DNA of 64,000 nucleotides from a virus (lineage: Duplodnaviria; Caudoviricetes), in IMG/VR virus record IMGVR_UViG_3300013121_000026, positions 64,001-128,000 of that record. One strand, given 5' to 3'. Both the position numbers and the translations under genes were made by a program. Numbering within the stretch: the first letter of the stretch is position 1; every line of letters begins with the position of its first letter. Of this stretch, positions 8,519 through 17,767 are shown piece after piece. The notes under the pieces were generated by a model, which searched no databases, was not told the DNA's origin, and saw nothing but the letters and a program-made list of their open reading frames with translations.

Positions 8519-9204
8519 TCTTGTAATGTAGTTAACTCGATTGTTCTTTCGTTTCCTAGTTTGTTAGTGTATGTAATCTTGTAATACAGTGTTGGTAGAT
8601 TACCAAAAAACGTTTTAAACTGTTCAAACGTTTTTATTGGTAACTGGTCAAGCCATTGAAGTAATTCTTCATCATTATATCCATCTAGCTTAATTCCTTT
8701 TTGAGAAATTTTACTAATACATGACAGGATCAATTTAGTTAGAACGTCTGCACCAGTTGCTTCCAAAAACGTCTTATCAATATATAGACTTGATGGCGGG
8801 TATTTTAGATCAATAACAATTTCATCATTAACAATAATTGTATTTGACTGTTCTGATGGAAAATTAACTCCAACATTTTCAAGGTTAACGTCGAAGTTGC
8901 GAATTTCCTTATCCTCGCCATCTTGGTAGGATACATTAATTATATTACCAATTGATGCAGATCTAATCTTAATAAAAAGAAACTCTAGGTCGATGATTGA
9001 TAAATCATCGATATTAAAATTTTCTGTAGTGATGCAATCATTAGCAACTTGTCTAACAGCAGACAATGTCTCAAATTTATCACTGTTCTCTTTTGCCATC
9101 AAAAGAATTTTTTCTTCACGAGCAAGCATTGGACGATAGACAACGTCTTTCTTGCTAATTGGAAGGGTCAAAGAGAATTGAGGGTGTTTAATCTTCGGTA
9201 GCAT
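8500..9204 (-). CDS. 26: Baseplate hub assembly protein gp26
   Basis: MLPKI..P...L.LP.....YRP...EEKILLMA, DLEFLF.KIRS.SIG, ends LQDFF; ATG 9204 has GGAG SD. Confidence 0.88.
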   Translation of the reverse strand: MLPKIKHPQFSLTLPISKKDVVYRPMLAREEKILLMAKENSDKFETLSAVRQVANDCITTENFNIDDLSIIDLEFLFIKIRSASIGNIINVSYQDGEDKEIRNFDVNLENVGVNFPSEQSNTIIVNDEIVIDLKYPPSSLYIDKTFLEATGADVLTKLILSCISKISQKGIKLDGYNDEELLQWLDQLPIKTFEQFKTFFGNLPTLYYKITYTNKLGNERTIELTTLQDFFTLG

Positions 9205-9811
9205 TATTTTCTCCATTTTCTAGATTATAATTAAAAGGCTGATCACTTTTATACCAATCATTATAGGCTATAACTACGGGCAATCTAGCAATGCTGTTGT
9301 CCGCCCAATTTCCTCTAACGTCGCCTATCATTAAAGGGAAAGCATCTCTTAAGATAATATTGTGTGATTGTTGGCCATCATCTCTAAATGTTGCAACATG
9401 AACATCAACAAGATAATCGCTTTTGTAAGTTAGCTCATAAGGAGCCTGAGCAGAATTAGTTCCTGTTATTCCCTGGCTCATGTCAAAATTAGTAATAAGT
9501 CTAGCCCACGATCCAAAGAAATCATGCATCTTTCCTTCACCATCCAATAGAACAGTAAATGCAATATCCTGAAAGATCGGAGCAAACGGTCTTTTTTCGC
9601 GTGAGCCATATGAGTATCTAGCACCTTCGTAAGCAGCTATATTAACTCCGGGCAGTGATGTTCCTTCACACCAGTATTCCAAATATCTAACCGTCTCAGA
9701 ATATCTCCAGCCTAGTCCTGCAGGAATATTAAACCTTGTAAGGAACTTATTCGCTTTAGTGTAATTGGTAGTCTGAGTAATTGCTTTAAAATCGTGAATA
9801 TTAAATGCCAT
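9188..9811 (-). CDS. 54: Baseplate tail-tube initiator gp54-like (gp19 fold)
   Basis: CE.TSLPG, L.DAFP..IG....W; synteny. Confidence 0.7.
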   Translation of the reverse strand: MAFNIHDFKAITQTTNYTKANKFLTRFNIPAGLGWRYSETVRYLEYWCEGTSLPGVNIAAYEGARYSYGSREKRPFAPIFQDIAFTVLLDGEGKMHDFFGSWARLITNFDMSQGITGTNSAQAPYELTYKSDYLVDVHVATFRDDGQQSHNIILRDAFPLMIGDVRGNWADNSIARLPVVIAYNDWYKSDQPFNYNLENGENNATED

Positions 9812-10461
9812 TATTTTCTTCTCTTTCTACCAGAATCCATACTTTTAATCTTGGTGTTTGATTCCTTCCACACCTGAGTCTGGCTTGCTTTTTTGAATTG
9901 TGCAAATGGCAGAGCTATTGTTTTCTTCCAATCTTCAGGTTCAATAATTAACAATCTGGATCTAACATGCCCGGCTAGGTATCTTTTGATGCATGGGGCA
10001 TAAGCAGTACCGGTTGCTTGAAGAAACTTGTACGTAATATTAATTCTGTTCTTCTTGTCATCAAATGCCTGCATTAGATTTTCCAATAGAGCTTGTCTAA
10101 GTTTTGGTGGTAGATAATGTAGGTTAATTCCAAGCCAACCATCTTCTTTTAGTTCAAAAGGAAATATCAATGGATAGATGTCATAGTATGGCAGTTCTTC
10201 TTTCCACTTTGGGTCATATGTGTATAGCAACATGCTTCCTATAAATTCCTTGCGCATGTTTCCTCTAGTGATAAATTTACCACTTTGCTTGTTCTTAATA
10301 ATGTCCTCGGTAGTAATACCAGTAGCACCCATCAATCCTTTAACGTGACGAAGCTTTTTAGCCTCATCAATAAGCCATCTTAGTGATGATAGCTTATTTG
10401 GCTCATTCTCAATTTGCCATGCTTTTAGAATAGATTTAATAGTATCTGGACGATCATACAT
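9811..10461 (-). CDS. 2: DNA end protector gp2
   Basis: YDPK.K..LPYYD.YPL, GINLHYLPP, CIKRYL..HV.S. Confidence 0.9.
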   Translation of the reverse strand: MYDRPDTIKSILKAWQIENEPNKLSSLRWLIDEAKKLRHVKGLMGATGITTEDIIKNKQSGKFITRGNMRKEFIGSMLLYTYDPKWKEELPYYDIYPLIFPFELKEDGWLGINLHYLPPKLRQALLENLMQAFDDKKNRINITYKFLQATGTAYAPCIKRYLAGHVRSRLLIIEPEDWKKTIALPFAQFKKASQTQVWKESNTKIKSMDSGRKRRK

Positions 10462-10900
10462 TGTATAAATGTTCCTCAGTCATTATTTGAAATTTCCATC
10501 CTCTTTTTTTAGCGTATTCCTCGGCTGCTTTCCATTTAGCTAAGTTTTTTCCGTAGGTCAGCGCTTCTCTAATGTAAGTTGATTCTCTTTTTTTGGGCGC
10601 TCTTTTGGGTACTTGTGTTTGGGATTTTGGCTTAATCTCAACTATTAATTCTTCAATTAGCCCTTGCTTGTTCTTCTGCTTGATCCAGAAGTCTGGAAAA
10701 TAGCGATGAATTTTGTTATCAATTGGATTTCTATAAGGCACAAAGAATTCTTCTGAGGAATATTGGATAATATTCTCATTCTTGTCCAAAAATGTTAATA
10801 GTTTAAGCTCCCATGAAGAACGATAGACAATATTAGTTGGATTGCCCTTATATTTCTCAGGATTTGCTGGCTTGTATTTTCCTTGTAAAAATTTTCCCAT
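10454..10900 (-). CDS. 4: Head completion nuclease gp4
   Basis: G.YKP.NP.KY.G....I.YRSSWE, HRYFPDF, EIKP..QT, N.AKW.AA. Confidence 0.93.
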   Translation of the reverse strand: MGKFLQGKYKPANPEKYKGNPTNIVYRSSWELKLLTFLDKNENIIQYSSEEFFVPYRNPIDNKIHRYFPDFWIKQKNKQGLIEELIVEIKPKSQTQVPKRAPKKRESTYIREALTYGKNLAKWKAAEEYAKKRGWKFQIMTEEHLYNV

Positions 10901-10908
10901 TTAATCTC

Positions 10909-10940
10909 TATAAATAAGTTAAGTAATCGTAATATTTATA
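10909..10940. promoter_or_regulatory. Pair of oppositely oriented late promoters
   Basis: TATAAATA + at 10909-10916 and - at 10933-10940 between divergent genes 4 and 48. Confidence 0.85.
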
Positions 10941-10948
10941 GGAAATAC

Positions 10949-11914
10949 ATGGCGGACATTAATACAATTCAAAATGATATGTCTATAGGGGATGCTAATC
11001 AACCAACAGAGCAACCTGCGTCTCTTGGCGTCTATTTACCACCAACACCCACAACACAGATTGATTCAGTTGTTCAAAGCTCATCAAATTCAGCAGCTTT
11101 ATCGTTTCCTTCGGACACGCCAAAATATTACTTCAAGCTGGATTTTTACAATTATTCTCGAAAAAACTTAATGGAAGTAGGACAATTAAAAGGTCCAATA
11201 GGATCAGTTGTACTTCCAGTTCCAATGCAAATTGTTAATCCAACTACTTTGCTGTGGGATCAAGAAGCCTTAGGATTGGGACCAGGTGGATTGCTGCAAG
11301 GAGTGTCAAGTGCAGTTAACGACGCTACTGATACTTTTATTAATTTAGCAAAAGGAAGATTAACTGAAGCACAAAATGGAATGAATAATTTGCCTGGTAG
11401 TTTAGCAACTGCTGGTATTGCTACAGCAGCAATTGCTGCTCAGGTAGGATCAGGACTAGGACAAGCAATTCCGGGTACACAAGGAGTTTCTGCTGCGGCT
11501 GCTGGTGTTACTAGAGGCGCTATGTCTTTATTTGGTATTTCACCAAATCAGTTCGTTACTATTGTATTTAAGGGTCCTACTTACAAGCAATTACAATTTT
11601 CATGGAAGCTAATGCCACGAAATCAAAAAGAATCTGAAGTTATTAAAAATATTTGTAAGCTGGTTAACGATAAAGCTTCGCCAACGACAACGCTTGGTGC
11701 TTTGTTATGGAAATTTCCAAGCATTGTTCAAATGTCATTTTCTCCAAATGCTGATTATTTGTTCAAGTTCAAGCCAGCAGTAATTCAATCATTTGTTTCA
11801 AATTATACTCCGGGTGGTATGCCTGCTTTCTATAAAGGATCTGGTGCACCAGAAGCGGTGGATATTTCACTAAGAACATTAGAATTAGAATACTGGTTAG
11901 ATGGGCAACACTAA
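10949..11914 (+). CDS. 48: Baseplate tail-tube cap gp48-like
   Basis: FKGP..K...FSWKL.P.N..E, V.S...NYTP.G, L...ELE. Confidence 0.8.
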   Translation: MADINTIQNDMSIGDANQPTEQPASLGVYLPPTPTTQIDSVVQSSSNSAALSFPSDTPKYYFKLDFYNYSRKNLMEVGQLKGPIGSVVLPVPMQIVNPTTLLWDQEALGLGPGGLLQGVSSAVNDATDTFINLAKGRLTEAQNGMNNLPGSLATAGIATAAIAAQVGSGLGQAIPGTQGVSAAAAGVTRGAMSLFGISPNQFVTIVFKGPTYKQLQFSWKLMPRNQKESEVIKNICKLVNDKASPTTTLGALLWKFPSIVQMSFSPNADYLFKFKPAVIQSFVSNYTPGGMPAFYKGSGAPEAVDISLRTLELEYWLDGQH

Positions 11915-12765
11915 TGGAACAATACTTTCAAAAATTTCCAGTTATTAAATACAATAACACCCTAACAAGAAATATAACTGAAAGAGTTTCTTTAACATTG
12001 GATTATCATTCTCCAAATTCATATTACCCATATGAATTGAAGTATGGAATGAGAAGTGATGTTGTCGCTAATGCCTATTACAATGATTCATATTTAGATT
12101 GGTTGATTTATTTAACTAATGGAATAACCGATCCTTATTATGATTGGTATCTGGATCCAGAACAATTTAATAAGTATCTGATCAAAAAATACGGTGGCAT
12201 TGAGGATGCTCAAGAAAAGATTCTGTTCTATCGTAATAATTGGGCGGATGACACAATTAATGTATCTCCAACAGTTTACAGCAATCTACCAGAACAAATT
12301 AAAAAGTATTACATTCCAAACTTTGGAGTCGGCGCAGAGATACAATTCTATTCAAGACGACAAGAAGATTGGCAAGTGAATACTAACCAGACATTTACAT
12401 TTACTTCTTCTGGAATATTTGAAGTCGATGATGTTGTTGAGTTTGTAGATGGAGACGTTGTTGGTTATGGCATTTGTTGCAATGTTTCAGATAGTCAATA
12501 CACGCTTCAACATATGTTTGGTGAAGTTCCAACTGTTGCAATGACAGTTCAAAAGAAAAATACCACGACTACCTATGCTATTACAGAAATTATCTCGCAT
12601 GTTTATAACATTGATCTTGATGAACAATATTTCTGGTCACCCGTGTATGCATATGACTATGAAATGGAACAAAACGAAAGCAAGAAATTCATTTACTTGC
12701 TAGATGCAAGATTTGCAATGGAAACAACAGAATCGATTAGGCAGAAGTTATTAAAGAATGAGTGA
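11914..12765 (+). CDS. 53: Baseplate wedge gp53
   Basis: YF.KFP.I.Y, R.D.VA..YY.D...DWLI...N.I.DP..DW, YE...NE.K..I. Confidence 0.88.
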   Translation: MEQYFQKFPVIKYNNTLTRNITERVSLTLDYHSPNSYYPYELKYGMRSDVVANAYYNDSYLDWLIYLTNGITDPYYDWYLDPEQFNKYLIKKYGGIEDAQEKILFYRNNWADDTINVSPTVYSNLPEQIKKYYIPNFGVGAEIQFYSRRQEDWQVNTNQTFTFTSSGIFEVDDVVEFVDGDVVGYGICCNVSDSQYTLQHMFGEVPTVAMTVQKKNTTTTYAITEIISHVYNIDLDEQYFWSPVYAYDYEMEQNESKKFIYLLDARFAMETTESIRQKLLKNE

Positions 12766-14011
12766 TTACGTCTCACCTGGAAAGGCTGCCCTAAGAAGTT
12801 TATCGATTAAGGGAGTCAATCTTTTACAATACACAAATTCAGTTAAGGTGTTTGAGTCAATCTGTAAACCTTATTTAACTGCACAAGTTGTTATTATTGA
12901 TAACAATAACCTAATGGATAATATGGATATCGTAGGTGGTGAACAATGCAATATTGCGTTCCACTCCCCACCCAATGAGTATGTTTATAATTGCACGCTG
13001 CAAATTTTAAACTTAAAGGGACGTCCTAATCCTAATAATTTAAAGTCTGTGATTTACACAATTGACCTAATTGGTCCTACATATTTTCAAGATAAGGCAA
13101 ACCTAGTTCAAAGTGGACATAAAGGGCAAACTGGAACGGATGCAATCCAACAAATCTGGGGCCAATACCTAGGCAAGGAACCTCTCTCTATTTTAATGGG
13201 AAGTATTGGAATGCTAGGAGACAAAGAAGGTTACACAGTTAATAGCATGAAACCACTGGCTGCTATTGATGATATTATGAAAACATTGTTGTTTGGTGGA
13301 TCAAAGACTGGAAATGTTATGCTATTTCGAGATAGAGATGGCGTAAAATTAGCTCCGTTGGAATTTTTGTTCATGGGAATGGGATCACAAGAAACTTTTA
13401 TTCAGAAGGAAACATGGGGAGCTAACTTTTTCGATCCAATGATTTACAATGCTATCATTTCTGCTCAGGCTCTTACTGATAGAAACAACGGAGGCAGAAG
13501 TTCCGTTGGTGAAATAGCAGGAGCCGTTAAGCAATCCAAGATGGTATTTGATATGTTTGAGGGCAAGATCGCCACGTATTTAAATGCAGCTCAACAGGTT
13601 GCTTCTGGTAATTTTGGTGGGTCCGTTCCAATTTCATCTATGATGCAGAGTATTTCACAAGGCGCATTAGGCGGTGCTCCTAATATTCAAAGCACAAATA
13701 GTTCGTTATGGCCTAGAGCAACTGCTCCTGATAATAAGACAATGGAAGAACGCTTGTTCTCAGCCCAATCAAGAGGCGGTCCACAAATTCAAATTAAAGT
13801 AGCAATGCAAACTGGGTTAAATGTTACGGTAGGCAAGGGTGCGACAATTAGATTAATGCCGCCATCGGGTGATTACCAATACAACATTTTTTCATATGAT
13901 TCTGGAGGACAATATTTGGTTACTGACTTGGTTCATGAATTAACTGCTGACGATAGTCAATTTAATGGTTTCACTACTATTCAAGGAATTAAAGGGGGTA
14001 TGACACCATGA
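12758..14011 (+). CDS. 27: Baseplate hub gp27-like
   Basis: FESI..P.LT....I.D N-terminus, G.YLV..L.H C-terminus; between 53 and 5. Confidence 0.6.
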   Translation: MSDYVSPGKAALRSLSIKGVNLLQYTNSVKVFESICKPYLTAQVVIIDNNNLMDNMDIVGGEQCNIAFHSPPNEYVYNCTLQILNLKGRPNPNNLKSVIYTIDLIGPTYFQDKANLVQSGHKGQTGTDAIQQIWGQYLGKEPLSILMGSIGMLGDKEGYTVNSMKPLAAIDDIMKTLLFGGSKTGNVMLFRDRDGVKLAPLEFLFMGMGSQETFIQKETWGANFFDPMIYNAIISAQALTDRNNGGRSSVGEIAGAVKQSKMVFDMFEGKIATYLNAAQQVASGNFGGSVPISSMMQSISQGALGGAPNIQSTNSSLWPRATAPDNKTMEERLFSAQSRGGPQIQIKVAMQTGLNVTVGKGATIRLMPPSGDYQYNIFSYDSGGQYLVTDLVHELTADDSQFNGFTTIQGIKGGMTP

Positions 14012-14802
14012 GTTATTTTAATACACTAGATCCTGGTTCCTGGATACCTTCGCTGGTTGTTGATACCAATGATCCTGAAAAGAAAGGCAGAGTAAAATTA
14101 AGACGACTAGATCAGGATGAAAAGAACATTCCCGATGACAAATTACCATGGGCATATATTAATGACGGCAAGCATGGAGTAACTGGTGGTGTCGGAACTT
14201 TTGGCGTGGGTACCTATAAAAAAGGTATGTGGGTTTATTCTACAATTGACACGTCTACCAACCAAATAACTGGCATTGCTGGAGTTCTAACATCTCCAGG
14301 GCAATCAAATGGATTTGTTACGCCTGCGGCATTAGGCAAGCATGAAAAGTTAAAAGAAAAACCAAATGATGGTCAATCAGATTTAAATAACCCAAAGGCT
14401 CCAACGCCAACGGAAACAGAAGATGACAACATTAAATATGCGATTACCAAGGCTAATGGCAAGGCAAAGTTTGCCGATAAGAAAACAATTGGCCCACAGG
14501 AGTTTGATCCATCTCAGGTAATTGACTACATCAAAAAATTCGATGGCGGAAATACTTCTGGCGCAGTTCAGCCAGCATTAGATATCATGAAAAAGTTGCT
14601 AAATAATCAGCAGGGAACCAATGGTCTTGAGGGCATCCTAGGATCGAACTTGTTTTCAATCCTTAATCAGATTATTAACATGATCAATAAGCAAACTAAG
14701 CAGCAGGATCCAAAGCCAGGTGATCCTTGTGTAATTAACGAGGAACCAGGCACATTACAGTACGTTAATAATGTTCTAACCTGTGTAAAGAATTCAAAAT
14801 GA
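14008..14802 (+). CDS. gp5 N-terminal OB-fold spike protein (half of split gp5)
   Basis: VVD..DP...GRVK.R........LPWA motif. Confidence 0.7.
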   Translation: MSYFNTLDPGSWIPSLVVDTNDPEKKGRVKLRRLDQDEKNIPDDKLPWAYINDGKHGVTGGVGTFGVGTYKKGMWVYSTIDTSTNQITGIAGVLTSPGQSNGFVTPAALGKHEKLKEKPNDGQSDLNNPKAPTPTETEDDNIKYAITKANGKAKFADKKTIGPQEFDPSQVIDYIKKFDGGNTSGAVQPALDIMKKLLNNQQGTNGLEGILGSNLFSILNQIINMINKQTKQQDPKPGDPCVINEEPGTLQYVNNVLTCVKNSK

Positions 14803-15533
14803 CAGAAGAACTATACAAACATCCAGATAGATTTCGTCAGGATCAAAACGATGATAAGTGGTGGAACAAAGACAAATACAATCCAGAGGTAATCGAAACG
14901 GTTTACTGGGATAAAAGCAAAGAGACTCGCGATCTATCGAAAAAATCTAGATATGAGAACACACATGGTTCAACTAGTGGCTATGAGATATTAAAAGATG
15001 GATCAACACTTAAACGAATAGTTGGCAATCAGTATGAATATTACAAAAAAGGCGTGACTACAACATATGATGGCAACGTTGACACCAAAGTTGGCGGGCA
15101 TTCTAGAATGAATGTTTCTGGTGGAATGCATACGGAAGTAGCTGGTGATAGAAGCGATTTTACTGCAAAATCATCAGCATCATATGTTGGCAAGAATTTT
15201 AATATGCAGGTTAAAGAATCAATGTCGATGGGTGCAGGCAAATCATTGGTTATTACATCAACCGGTGGTAACGGCAAGGCAAAGACTAGAATTTCACTAG
15301 CAGATGATGGCAAGATCCATATCAGCAGTGATAGTGGAGACATTACTCTAGAAAGCAAATCTCTGGCTTTAAAGGGCGAAAAGGTAAGCATTGCCGCTGG
15401 AGAATTAAATCTTGGATATGACAGTATTAAGATGAGTAATGCACCCGCTGGTGTAACAACTAGACAAGCGGAAAACAGTTTCCATCAGGGAATCAAAACA
15501 GCAGAAGTCCCAGCAACGAAGATGAGTACCTAA
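14799..15533 (+). CDS. gp5 C-terminal beta-helix spike protein
   Basis: H...S.YEI..DG....IVG..Y and repeated V.G units. Confidence 0.65.
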   Translation: MTEELYKHPDRFRQDQNDDKWWNKDKYNPEVIETVYWDKSKETRDLSKKSRYENTHGSTSGYEILKDGSTLKRIVGNQYEYYKKGVTTTYDGNVDTKVGGHSRMNVSGGMHTEVAGDRSDFTAKSSASYVGKNFNMQVKESMSMGAGKSLVITSTGGNGKAKTRISLADDGKIHISSDSGDITLESKSLALKGEKVSIAAGELNLGYDSIKMSNAPAGVTTRQAENSFHQGIKTAEVPATKMST

Positions 15534-15953
15534 ATGGCCAGAGCAGATAAATTCACAGTAAAAAACAAGCAAATTGAATACTATTCAGATTTCTCTACTA
15601 ACCTAGACTTGAATCCAGTAACCGGGCAGATTGTTAAGTTATCAAATGAAGAGGCAATAATTGCCTCGATTAAAAACATTGTGATGACCAATTTTAATGA
15701 GAGATTCTACAGTCCAGAAAAGGGTACTAATTTAATAGGAAGTCTGTTCGAATTGAACACGCCTGCGTATATAGATTCTGTTAGGGATAGAATTCAAATG
15801 TCTATTAAAAATTACGATCCTAGAGTTACTGTAGTGAATCTGGCTTTTCGTGAAGACGACGCACACAATTCTATTTTCTGCAAGCTGAGTTTTACCTTAA
15901 TAAATATACAGAAGACATTTGAAACTGATATTTTTCTGAAGAGGATTAGATAA
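15534..15953 (+). CDS. 25: Baseplate wedge gp25
   Basis: YSD...L..NP.T, AI..SIKNIV.T...ER...P..G, I..Y.PRV. Confidence 0.9.
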   Translation: MARADKFTVKNKQIEYYSDFSTNLDLNPVTGQIVKLSNEEAIIASIKNIVMTNFNERFYSPEKGTNLIGSLFELNTPAYIDSVRDRIQMSIKNYDPRVTVVNLAFREDDAHNSIFCKLSFTLINIQKTFETDIFLKRIR

Positions 15954-15958
15954 AACCA

Positions 15959-17767
15959 ATGGCCAATTCATCAATTAACTTTACCTCTTTGGATTTTAGT
16001 GATTACAAAAACGACCTAAAGACATATCTGAAATCACAGGATATCTTTAAGGATTACGATTTTGATGGTAGTAATATTAATGTCCTACTGGACATTTTGT
16101 CGTACAATACATTCAAGAATGCTTTCTTCTTGAACATGGCAATTTCCGAAGGGTATTTGGATTCTGCTCAATTAAAAAGTTCCGTATTGTCTCATGCCAA
16201 AGAATTAAATTATTTGCCAAGATCAGCCACGTCATCAAAGGCTAGAATTAAGGTTGATTTCCAGGCAACTGGTGAATCACAACCTTATATTGTTCAAAAG
16301 GGTCAGTCATTCTCTAGTATTATCAAAAACAAGTCGTATGAATTCAGCATTCCAGAAACAATGACTGTTTCATCATCTAATACGACGTTCTCTTTTGAGA
16401 CCGATATCTATGAAGGAATCTACGTAAAGGATACCTATTCTTTTAACTACTCAGAGAACAACAAACAACCGAAATTTAAGATCAGCAATGCGGATGTTGA
16501 TCTTCAGTCATTATCTGTAATTGTTTTTGAAGATGGCGCAACAGTAGGTGATACGTATAAGGTTGCTACCAGTTTGCTTGGATATGATCCATCCTCAAAG
16601 ATTTTCTTTGTTCAGACATCAGCAGTTGATGGCAGATATGAAGTATTGTTTGGAGATAATATTATTGGTAGACGCCCAAAGAACAATGCAGTAATTGTTC
16701 TTGATTATCGAGTGTCAAAAGGCCCTCTTTCAAATGGAGCCGGAAAGTTTAGTATTAACTTTAATCCTACTGGCGCTGATTCTGAGTTAACAGACAGTAT
16801 TGTTGTTACAACAGTCACAACCGCATATGGTGGTGATTATGCGGAAGATTTAGAAACCACTAGATTTTATGCTCCTAGATATTTTCAAACACAAGAAAGA
16901 GCAGTAACCAGCCGAGATTATGAGATATTGTTAAAAACTAAGTATCCAGAAATAAGTGCTGTTTATGCTTATGGTGGCGAACAATTAACTCCACCTCAGT
17001 TTGGTAAGGTATTTGTTGCAGTAAAATTAAGAGACATTGATGGCGTTCCGGATAGCAAGAAGAATATCTATTACAATTTTATCAAGAATAAATGTCCATT
17101 GACAATTATTCCTTCATTTGTTGAGGCTCAACAAACTTTTGTGCAGGTAGATTCAACAATAAGATACAATATCAATGTCACTAATGAAAGCCTAGAAAGA
17201 ATTAAGACATTGGTTCTAGCAGCCATCAATCAGTACAATACCGATGAACTGGATGATTTTAATGTAACGTTTAGATATAGTCCATTTATTGCAGTAATTG
17301 ATCAGGCGGATAGTAGCATTGTAAGTAACTTAACAAAAATAAGACTATACAAAAAGTTAGTGCCGGTTACTAGTGAAAGCAGAAACTATAGCTTTGGTTT
17401 TGGAGTCGAACTAGAAAACAATAGTGGTATTTTAGATGATAGTCACTCAATTACCGAAGTAAAAACAGTATCAAGCACAGGTTTTACTTATGGCGGTGAG
17501 TATGGACAGCTAGAAGATGATGGTGATGGCAATATTCGATTTGTAGTTAAACAAGAAAACAAGTTTGTGACTAAAGGGAATATTGGAACAGTTGATTACA
17601 CATCTGGACTAGTAAAACTGAACAATGTCATTGTTGATTCTTATGATGGTGACAATATTAAAATCTTTGTTACAACTAAAGACAATGATGTTCTAGTAAA
17701 ACTGAACACAATTTTAAGTGTTGAGATTGATCAGTGTAATTTAACGATTGAGCAAGTGTCAATTTAA
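15959..17767 (+). CDS. 6: Baseplate wedge gp6
   Basis: LDF...K..LK.YL, DYDF.GS...VLLD.L.YNT, Q.RAVT..DY, YGGE...PP.FGKV. Confidence 0.93.
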   Translation: MANSSINFTSLDFSDYKNDLKTYLKSQDIFKDYDFDGSNINVLLDILSYNTFKNAFFLNMAISEGYLDSAQLKSSVLSHAKELNYLPRSATSSKARIKVDFQATGESQPYIVQKGQSFSSIIKNKSYEFSIPETMTVSSSNTTFSFETDIYEGIYVKDTYSFNYSENNKQPKFKISNADVDLQSLSVIVFEDGATVGDTYKVATSLLGYDPSSKIFFVQTSAVDGRYEVLFGDNIIGRRPKNNAVIVLDYRVSKGPLSNGAGKFSINFNPTGADSELTDSIVVTTVTTAYGGDYAEDLETTRFYAPRYFQTQERAVTSRDYEILLKTKYPEISAVYAYGGEQLTPPQFGKVFVAVKLRDIDGVPDSKKNIYYNFIKNKCPLTIIPSFVEAQQTFVQVDSTIRYNINVTNESLERIKTLVLAAINQYNTDELDDFNVTFRYSPFIAVIDQADSSIVSNLTKIRLYKKLVPVTSESRNYSFGFGVELENNSGILDDSHSITEVKTVSSTGFTYGGEYGQLEDDGDGNIRFVVKQENKFVTKGNIGTVDYTSGLVKLNNVIVDSYDGDNIKIFVTTKDNDVLVKLNTILSVEIDQCNLTIEQVSI

